Origin: a virus | Taxonomy: Duplodnaviria > Caudoviricetes | Length of the DNA stretch: 34,828 nucleotides | Virus record (IMG/VR): IMGVR_UViG_3300034815_000019 | Coordinates: 1 to 34,828 of that record | Reading direction: 5' to 3' (one strand) | In this document: in pieces, positions 1-5,048 of the stretch | Numbering within the stretch: position 1 is the stretch's first letter | How the letters are laid out: each line of letters starts with the position of its first letter | Program-made: the position numbers and the translations under genes | Notes under the pieces: generated by a model | Database searches by the model: none | The model's input: the letters and a program-made list of their open reading frames with translations, nothing else | Told to the model about the DNA's origin: nothing

Positions 1-171
1 GTGTTCGGGGCGCTTTGTCATGTCGCGGTAAAGCGCCATCTGTCCGTTCGCAAAGCGCAGGCATTCGCTTGGGTTCGCGCTTTCCCTGCCGTGCAGTCGC
101 CACCATTTTGCTATCCATCGGTAGCAGTCTGGTTTTGGTGCATGCGCAGCCATGTCGGCCACGTAAATCAT
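1..171 (-). CDS. Hypothetical phage protein, partial (runs off the left end; MIYVADMAAHAPKPDCYRW...)
   Basis: My translation: open from ATG 171 to the window edge, with GAGG just upstream. Confidence 0.45.
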   Translation of the reverse strand, partial: MIYVADMAAHAPKPDCYRWIAKWWRLHGRESANPSECLRFANGQMALYRDMTKRPEH

Positions 172-185
172 GGCCTCACGTGTCG

Positions 186-377
186 TCAATTTTCGTTTAT
201 CGTGTGGCATAACCCGGCACTCACATCCTTTACCACCACGCTCAGGTGGTAAAGGAACATCACGCCACCTTCTGGGTTTGGTATGTCCATCGCCCGAATT
301 TCCCTCTTTATCGCCGTCGCCAGATCGCCAACATCCATCTCGCCCAATTCGATCACTACCTCAAGTTTTACCTTCAC
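186..377 (-). CDS. Hypothetical phage protein
   Basis: 63-aa ORF with AGGAG upstream, co-oriented with neighbours. Confidence 0.6.
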   Translation of the reverse strand: MKVKLEVVIELGEMDVGDLATAIKREIRAMDIPNPEGGVMFLYHLSVVVKDVSAGLCHTINEN

Positions 378-395
378 TTCGTTCTCCTGTTCGCG

Positions 396-635
396 TCAAT
401 TCAATATCTTTTCCTCGCCGCACAACAATTTCCGCAGGTGGTCCTGCGCTCTGTCTGCCTCCTCTTGGCTGGCAAGTCCGTAAACCATCACCTCAACCCC
501 GTACTGATAAGAGTCTTCGTCCAAAAAAGTGCGCATGCTAATGGTCATTTCGTCGGTTGCTTTCATTGGTCGCGCCTCCACGCATAACACGTCGGTCGAG
601 CCGAGGGCTGCGAGCGTCTTTGGTCTAATGTTCAT
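396..635 (-). CDS. Hypothetical protein; first ATG lies in the loop of attC 582-667 (a later Met is possible)
   Basis: 79-aa ORF whose N-terminus is encoded by the loop/L''/R'' of the attC. Confidence 0.6.
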   Translation of the reverse strand: MNIRPKTLAALGSTDVLCVEARPMKATDEMTISMRTFLDEDSYQYGVEVMVYGLASQEEADRAQDHLRKLLCGEEKILN

Positions 636-667
636 TCCGTAAGCCCCGGCTCACCTAAGCGTTAGGC
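582..667 (+). repeat. attC site 1 (86 bp)
   Basis: GCATAAC-acgtc-ggtcgagccg...cggctcacc-taagc-GTTAGGC. Confidence 0.85.
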
Positions 668-846
668 AACATCGCCCGGTCTACCGCAGCATCGAACGCA
701 TCCTGCGGAATCGGCCATGTGCGTCGCCTCTGCACCAGTCCGAGCATTTCTCCGGCCATCTTGTCGTCTTGCCGCGCCGGTTGCCCGGCCCGCATCCATG
801 CCGAGAGTGCGCGGTATCTCGCTGCGTCTTGTGCGTTGTTGTCCAT
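655..846 (-). CDS. Cassette ORF: small phage protein with DAARYR...DAAVDRAM motif
   Basis: Motif typical of phage early-region accessory proteins; GGAG RBS; ends PNA* inside attC 1. Confidence 0.75.
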   Translation of the reverse strand: MDNNAQDAARYRALSAWMRAGQPARQDDKMAGEMLGLVQRRRTWPIPQDAFDAAVDRAMLPNA

Positions 847-868
847 ACGCCCGTCTCCGTAAAAAGTT

Positions 869-931
869 GCCTAACCCGGCGCTCAAGCGGGACCGTCCGC
901 AAGCGGCCGGCCCCTTAGCTCTGCGTTAGGC
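869..931 (+). repeat. attC site 2 (63 bp)
   Basis: GCCTAAC-ccggc-gctCaag...cttagc-tctgc-GTTAGGC; extra C in L''. Confidence 0.93.
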
Positions 932-932
932 G

Positions 933-1106
933 TCAAACCCATATCCCGCTACCTGATCTGCGCAGCGTGATTCTTGGAAGCCACCGTTTGATTGATACAG
1001 CCAGTTTGTGCGAGTATATTTTTGTCTCCCACATGATGCGAAAGAAACGAAATTGCCTTTCTTCCGGCGACCACCTACCAACCCATTTGAATCTTAAATT
1101 TTTCAT
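933..1106 (-). CDS. Cassette ORF: small basic, Trp-rich hypothetical protein (alternative start 1118)
   Basis: Fills cassette 926-1193; GGAG precedes ATG 1106. Confidence 0.6.
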   Translation of the reverse strand: MKNLRFKWVGRWSPEERQFRFFRIMWETKIYSHKLAVSIKRWLPRITLRRSGSGIWV

Positions 1107-1126
1107 TTTGTTCTCCATAAAACCCC

Positions 1127-1199
1127 GCCTAACCCGGCGGTCAAGTTCGCCCTTCGGGCTGGGACGGGCTATCGCCCGCCCCTTACCTTTGCGTTGGGC
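1127..1199 (+). repeat. attC site 3 (73 bp)
   Basis: GCCTAAC-ccggc-ggtCaag...cttacc-tttgc-GTTGGGC. Confidence 0.92.
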
Positions 1200-1528
1200 G
1201 TCAAAAAACTAGCTTCGCTTTGTTCCAACGCATATTGCAATTGTGCGTTGTATTGGCGCAGTTTTCTGTTCTCTTCGTGTAGTTCTGCGATCACCGCGGC
1301 CTTGTCGGCGAGTTGTTTCTGGCTTACTCTGAGATTGTTTCCTGCTTCTTGTAGTAATCCAAAGTTGTAGTCGAAAGCAAAATTTGTTTGTCTAACTAGC
1401 TCTTCCTGCGAATTTATACCTGCCTTTTCTGCATCATTCCAAAGATAGCGGCAGGCAGAGCGGTTAATCATGTCACTGGATGACAAATCATTTTCAGTCC
1501 ACCAGTCGTCAAATTTATCAATTTCCAT
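1169..1528 (-). CDS. Cassette ORF: coiled-coil hypothetical phage protein
   Basis: 119 aa; GGAG RBS; C-terminus PNAKVRGGR* read through attC 3. Confidence 0.75.
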   Translation of the reverse strand: MEIDKFDDWWTENDLSSSDMINRSACRYLWNDAEKAGINSQEELVRQTNFAFDYNFGLLQEAGNNLRVSQKQLADKAAVIAELHEENRKLRQYNAQLQYALEQSEASFLTPNAKVRGGR

Positions 1529-1551
1529 TTCTTTCTCCGTGGTTAAAATAC

Positions 1552-1610
1552 GCCCAACCCGGCGTTCAACGCGGAGCCGCTAAAGCGGCCCGGTTAACTC
1601 TACGTTGGGC
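1552..1610 (+). repeat. attC site 4 (59 bp)
   Basis: GCCCAAC-ccggc-gttCaac...gttaac-tctac-GTTGGGC. Confidence 0.93.
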
Positions 1611-1924
1611 GTCTTGGGCTTCGCCATCTCCGCAGCAGCTCGCACGATGGCGCGCCGAACCGATACACAAGGATCGTCGCCGAGTGGTTCCGTCCATGAC
1701 CAAACTTGACCGTTGTCCCAGCCTGGGCGCGGAGCCTCGAACCACACCACGACCGTTTCGCCTTCGTATTCGTGGTCAATCCGCAGTTTCACCGCCAGAC
1801 GCAATGCGTCGCCGTCGTCTTCGAGCGGGTTCCACCCCGCGCCGTCGTCCCATGATTCGGCCGGCACGAAGTTGGTTCCAATCGCATTCGCCGCCAGTTC
1901 AAGCAGCTCGCTGTCTGTCATCAC
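1580..1924 (-). CDS. Cassette ORF: phage protein with WNPLEDDGDALRLAVKL and RRAIVRAAAE motifs (NinX/DUF2591-like)
   Basis: Motifs recognised as a common phage nin-region family; ends PNVELTGPL* in attC 4; family name is tentative. Confidence 0.7.
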   Translation of the reverse strand: MMTDSELLELAANAIGTNFVPAESWDDGAGWNPLEDDGDALRLAVKLRIDHEYEGETVVVWFEAPRPGWDNGQVWSWTEPLGDDPCVSVRRAIVRAAAEMAKPKTPNVELTGPL

Positions 1925-1951
1925 AGTATCCTTTCGTTGTAGTTACAATCC

Positions 1952-2015
1952 GCCCAACCCATCGGTCGAGCGCGACGGGCGAAAAGCCGCCCGCGCCTCA
2001 CCTCAAGCGTTAGGT
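1952..2015 (+). repeat. attC site 5 (64 bp)
   Basis: GCCCAAC-ccatc-ggtCgag...ctcacc-tcaagc-GTTAGGT. Confidence 0.92.
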
Positions 2016-2623
2016 GCCTTTGGGTATGGCTCGGGCCGATAGCGCAAACTTGCGAAAATATCGGCCCTGCGCCGCCCCTTAGCGTTGATAAAAACATACC
2101 TGTGCTTCCGTGGCCTGTCCTGCAAACTGAACCTGTCGCCAAACTCTGCGCGTATTTCTGCCGCCGTGTATTTGTCGGCGAGCGTCTGGCAGTGCTTGCT
2201 CATTCCGTCAATCGTCCAGTTCGTGCGCTTCGCGGAAAGCCCTGTATAAATCCAGTTGGTCGCCTGATACACAATCCCGACATGCCCTTGCTGAATCTCG
2301 GCGAAAGAAACAACAATCTCTTTTCCGGCCTTACCAACGGTGCGCCCTATCAGGTAGCTTTCCCCGTTGCGCGGCACGCTGTCGCAAACCCATAGCCGCG
2401 TCAGCTCTGCCACGTTGCAGGCGTTCTCTGGCCCCGCAATGCCGCTGCGTAGTGGTGCGCTGCTCGGCGTCCCGTAGCAAACCACGCCTTTCAACTGGTC
2501 GCCGAGAAACAAACCAAACGCCACGCTGCAAGGTGCTTTCCGGTGCAGGTAGTGCTCTCGCACAATTACCGCCATCGCTGTTGCGTAGTCAATCTGTTGT
2601 ATCCGGTAATTCTCAAGCGCCAT
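2003..2623 (-). CDS. Cassette ORF: Mom-family (GNAT-fold) DNA adenine modification protein
   Basis: Motifs EHYLH, ELTRLW, PRNGES, VVSFAE, GHVGIVYQATNWIYTG match the Mu Mom-like pattern. Confidence 0.82.
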   Translation of the reverse strand: MALENYRIQQIDYATAMAVIVREHYLHRKAPCSVAFGLFLGDQLKGVVCYGTPSSAPLRSGIAGPENACNVAELTRLWVCDSVPRNGESYLIGRTVGKAGKEIVVSFAEIQQGHVGIVYQATNWIYTGLSAKRTNWTIDGMSKHCQTLADKYTAAEIRAEFGDRFSLQDRPRKHRYVFINAKGRRRADIFASLRYRPEPYPKAPNA

Positions 2624-2658
2624 CGTTTTTCCTTAAAAGTCGGCTCTGGCAACACGGC

Positions 2659-2725
2659 ACCTAACACGTCGCTCAACTCGGACTGGCGCAAAATGCCGCG
2701 CCAGCCGGTTAGCTAGGCGTTGGGC
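2659..2725 (+). repeat. attC site 6 (67 bp)
   Basis: ACCTAAC-acgtc-gctCaac...gttagc-taggc-GTTGGGC. Confidence 0.92.
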
Positions 2726-2729
2726 GTCG

Positions 2730-3026
2730 TCATTTGTCGCCACGCTTTACATGCACCCACTTTTTCGGCTCACCGTCTTTGTGAATCACAGGAGGCTCCA
2801 GCACCATGCCGGGTGGGATGATGCCGCCCGTTTCTGGCAGCGGCAGCAGGCCGGCTTGTGTCATTTCGTCCGCGATCTTTTCGAAGTAGAGCGTGCAGCT
2901 CTGGCCGTAGTCTTCGACTGGTTTGCCGTCCGCGTCGAGAATGTCGCTGAACTCGCCAGGGTTTGCCGCATAGCGCCGCGCCCACTCGTTGAAAATTGCC
3001 GTCATCCGCTGCTGTGTTGTGTTCAT
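2730..3026 (-). CDS. Cassette ORF: hypothetical protein
   Basis: 98 aa; AAGGA RBS; fills cassette 2720-3131. Confidence 0.75.
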   Translation of the reverse strand: MNTTQQRMTAIFNEWARRYAANPGEFSDILDADGKPVEDYGQSCTLYFEKIADEMTQAGLLPLPETGGIIPPGMVLEPPVIHKDGEPKKWVHVKRGDK

Positions 3027-3067
3027 TTTTTTCCTTTCGTTTCACAAGTCGGCTGTGGCGGTACGCC

Positions 3068-3137
3068 GCCCAACCCTGCATTGGAGATGGACCGTCCGCA
3101 TAAAGCCGCGGCCGGCCCCTCAATTTGAACGTTAGAA
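3068..3137 (+). repeat. attC site 7 (70 bp)
   Basis: GCCCAAC-cctgc-attggag...ctcaat-ttgaac-GTTAGAA; core similar to site 2. Confidence 0.88.
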
Positions 3138-3335
3138 CTCCAGAACATAAAATGAATGAATCCAATCTTCAAATTTCGCTTTGCTGGTTTCCATTCCTTC
3201 GCCGGATGAATGCCCAATCCAATAGCCACAGTTGGATGTGCGAGTAATGGTGTACTCTCCAACACACAGGCGTTCTAACCCGGCGTTCGAGCGGGAGCGC
3301 GCAAAAGCGTCTTTCGTTTCTTGTTCGTCGTTCAT
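3132..3335 (-). CDS. Cassette ORF: hypothetical protein starting inside the attC 8 loop
   Basis: 67 aa; ATG 3335 in the loop; TAA stop lies in the R' box of attC 7. Confidence 0.65.
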   Translation of the reverse strand: MNDEQETKDAFARSRSNAGLERLCVGEYTITRTSNCGYWIGHSSGEGMETSKAKFEDWIHSFYVLEF

Positions 3336-3365
3336 AGTGCGCGCCCCCTCAACTTCGCGTTATGC
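3273..3365 (+). repeat. attC site 8 (93 bp)
   Basis: TTCTAAC-ccggc-gttCgag...ctcaac-ttcgc-GTTATGC. Confidence 0.9.
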
Positions 3366-3527
3366 CCCTAGTCCGTCTGCCAGCTTTTCTAGGGCTTCTT
3401 CCAGCGTTTGGATTCGTGTCCACATCGCGCTCTTTGCGTGTTGCGGGATGGCTGGGTCTAGCGTCATACCGCGCAGCATGTTGGCGGTTTCATCAACCAG
3501 CGCGTAAATTTCGTCGTTGCTCATCAT
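3360..3527 (-). CDS. Cassette ORF: small hypothetical protein (MMSNDEIYALVDE...)
   Basis: GGAGAG RBS before ATG 3527/3524; TAA stop lies in the R' box of attC 8. Confidence 0.7.
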   Translation of the reverse strand: MMSNDEIYALVDETANMLRGMTLDPAIPQHAKSAMWTRIQTLEEALEKLADGLGA

Positions 3528-3550
3528 TCTCTCCAAGTAGTTGCACCGTG

Positions 3551-3614
3551 GCATAACACGTCATTCCACCGGACGGGCGATAAAGCCGCCCGCCTGTGAA
3601 TTCAAGCGTTGGGC
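3551..3614 (+). repeat. attC site 9 (64 bp)
   Basis: GCATAAC-acgtc-attCcac...gtgaat-tcaagc-GTTGGGC. Confidence 0.92.
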
Positions 3615-3952
3615 GCCCCGTACACCTTGTTGTAGTAGGAGAGAGCACGGATGATCTGCGCAGCGGTGTTGGAGTGGCCGCGCTTTTCGCGCCACCGCGC
3701 CGCCTCAAATTGCCCCTGTTTGAGTCGGTCGTATCCGCACGCGGCACAATTTTTCCAGCGGCTACCGGGTCGGTAGCCGTAACTACGGCTACTTGCCCCG
3801 CAACGCGGGCAACAAGCTGTCTTTTTCGACCCGCCGGATTTGCTTTTGCCAGCAAACGGCAGCCTGCAAATGAGGGTTGCTAGGACGCCCAACCCTACAT
3901 TCGAGCTGGACTGGCCGATAAGTGGCTCCGTTTGCGGTTCAGTGGTGTTCAT
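3602..3952 (-). CDS. Cassette ORF: Zn-ribbon protein (CPRC...CAAC) starting inside the attC 10 loop
   Basis: GGAGGA RBS and ATG in the loop; two CxxC motifs; ends PNA* in attC 9. Confidence 0.7.
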   Translation of the reverse strand: MNTTEPQTEPLIGQSSSNVGLGVLATLICRLPFAGKSKSGGSKKTACCPRCGASSRSYGYRPGSRWKNCAACGYDRLKQGQFEAARWREKRGHSNTAAQIIRALSYYNKVYGAPNA

Positions 3953-4009
3953 GGTGCATTTCCTCCGTTTTGGCTGGTGACGGCCAGCCCCTCAATTTGA
4001 ATGTTAGGC
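3887..4009 (+). repeat. attC site 10 (123 bp, long loop)
   Basis: GCCCAAC-cctac-attCgag..ctggccg-loop-cggccag..ctcaat-ttgaat-GTTAGGC. Confidence 0.88.
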
Positions 4010-4176
4010 ACGGCAAGTCCGGCCAATTTCGCAAAAAAATCCGCAGTCACCTCTGCGTATCTTCCGCCGTGATCGCATTTCACTTTTCCGCACTGCGGGC
4101 ATTTATACAACTCCGCAGAATCTTGTGGTAACGTCACCAGCAAAGACCCGCAGCACTCGCATTCCCAATATCTCAT
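3949..4176 (-). CDS. Cassette ORF: small Zn-finger protein (CECC...CPQC)
   Basis: GGAGGA RBS; Cys clusters; C-terminus read through attC 10. Confidence 0.7.
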   Translation of the reverse strand: MRYWECECCGSLLVTLPQDSAELYKCPQCGKVKCDHGGRYAEVTADFFAKLAGLAVPNIQIEGLAVTSQNGGNAP

Positions 4177-4188
4177 CTAATCCTCCAT

Positions 4189-4257
4189 GCCTAACATTTG
4201 CGTCAACGCGGACGCTCCGCTCCGCTTCGCTACGCGCCGGTTACGCCAGCGTTGGGG
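4189..4257 (+). repeat. attC site 11 (69 bp)
   Basis: GCCTAAC-atttg-cgtCaac...gttacg-ccagc-GTTGGGG. Confidence 0.9.
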
Positions 4258-4264
4258 TGCTCAA

Positions 4265-4453
4265 TGAAGAGGGCTGGTCGCTACTCCAGCACTGATAGCG
4301 GCTTCTCCCGGCCAGTGTCTCACTCACTGCCTGTGCGGTACTGGTTCAGACCTTTGATCTTTGGCGTCATCAATCCAGTATTTGCAGCGTTTCCCGCCTG
4401 TTGGCGCTGCTCCGATCATTTAGCCCGGCGTCTTGCTTCCCGCCTGCCTCTTC
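4265..4453 (-). ncRNA. Candidate tRNA-like structured RNA filling an ORF-less cassette
   Basis: 7-bp terminal stem GAAGAGG/CCTCTTC, D-arm-like GGCG/CGCC, T-arm-like GCTGG-8nt-CCAGC, and three further internal hairpins. Confidence 0.55.
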
Positions 4454-4461
4454 GTTCAACA

Positions 4462-4529
4462 CCCTAACCATACAATCAACCTGACCGTACGGATAAAGCC
4501 CCGCCCGTCAGGTTACTTCCACGTTACTC
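4462..4529 (+). repeat. attC site 12, terminal (68 bp; R' = GTTACTC, non-consensus after GTT)
   Basis: CCCTAAC-catac-aatCaacctgac...gtcaggttact-tccac-GTT. Confidence 0.85.
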
Positions 4530-4757
4530 AAACCTCAACCCGCTGCACATAAACCCGGCATCATCCCCGATGTTTTCATCCGTCATCACCCGCTCCATCC
4601 GCTCCCGGTGATGGCGGATCATCTGGCCGAAGCTGCGATTGCTGGATTCAATGGCTTCCTTGCAGGTCTTGCGAATGTCCATCTTGGCGGATTCGGTGAA
4701 AAGTTCGATTGCGAAGTGACGATCGATCCTGGTGTGGTCTGGTAGTGGGGTGATCAT
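4524..4757 (-). CDS. Hypothetical phage protein; its TAA stop overlaps the terminal R' crossover
   Basis: 77 aa; AGGAG RBS. Confidence 0.65.
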   Translation of the reverse strand: MITPLPDHTRIDRHFAIELFTESAKMDIRKTCKEAIESSNRSFGQMIRHHRERMERVMTDENIGDDAGFMCSGLRFE

Positions 4758-4820
4758 GCTGCGTAACTCCTTGCAATCATCAACAGTAAGTCTCTAAATT
4801 CTGGCGGGTTACTTTTGCGA

Positions 4821-4973
4821 TCATTTCATCCTCAAAAGATGCGCTGCAACAGCCCTGCGGATAATCTCAGCAACCGGCGCTCCAGTCTTTTCTGATAGTT
4901 CGCGCAACTTTGCATCCATGTTTTTAGGCATGAATAGGTTAACTCTAGTCATTGGTTTGTTTTGTGTAGTCAT
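4821..4973 (-). CDS. Ribbon-helix-helix (CopG/Arc-like) regulator, 50 aa (not in ORF track)
   Basis: MTTQNKPMTRVNLFMPKNMDAKLRELSEKTGAPVAEIIRRAVAAHLLRMK: beta strand, helix, G-x-x-x-x-E-I-I-R-x-A helix. Confidence 0.85.
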   Translation of the reverse strand: MTTQNKPMTRVNLFMPKNMDAKLRELSEKTGAPVAEIIRRAVAAHLLRMK

Positions 4974-4978
4974 GTGTA

Positions 4979-5008
4979 ATTATATGTATAAGTTACCAGG
5001 AATGTCAA
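4979..5008 (-). promoter_or_regulatory. Consensus sigma70 promoter pointing into the RHH gene and cassette array
   Basis: TTGACA (5008-5003), 18 bp, TATAAT (4984-4979); ATG follows 5 nt after the -10. Confidence 0.8.
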
Positions 5009-5048
5009 GTATTTTATACGCCTGCCCCTGAGCTGAAAATAATAATTT

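Larger units (their letters stand above)
582..4529 (+). mobile_element. Integron-type gene cassette array (12 attC sites, 11 complete cassettes) with no intI in the window (CALIN-like), embedded in the phage early region
   Basis: Twelve imperfect palindromes RYYYAAC-spacer-L''...L'-spacer-GTTRRRY, spaced one gene apart; each R'' is complementary to the R' of the preceding site. Confidence 0.92.

Noticed and set aside
3023-3265. Track ORFs 3023-3265, 2770-3165 and 3493-3855 (- strand)
   Set aside because: They run through entire attC sites in alternative frames and overlap better-supported cassette ORFs.
4265-4453. A canonical tRNA or tmRNA
   Set aside because: There is no TTCRA T-loop, no CCA, no single anticodon arm and no tag ORF, so it is kept only as a tRNA-like candidate.
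170-4467. + strand ORFs across the array (e.g. 1480-2013, 2751-3128, 4198-4467) as canonical cassette genes
   Set aside because: Most cross attC sites, they lack RBSs and recognisable motifs, and they shadow - strand ORFs with clear phage motifs.
582-4529. Repeats as a CRISPR array, REP elements or plain terminators
   Set aside because: Units vary in sequence and length, spacers are gene-sized, there are no U-tracts, and the R/L box layout with cross-site complementarity fits attC.
582-4529. The whole phage circle acting as one giant cassette (first R'' pairing with last R')
   Set aside because: GCATAAC at 582 is not complementary to GTTACTC at 4523 beyond the TAAC/GTTA core.
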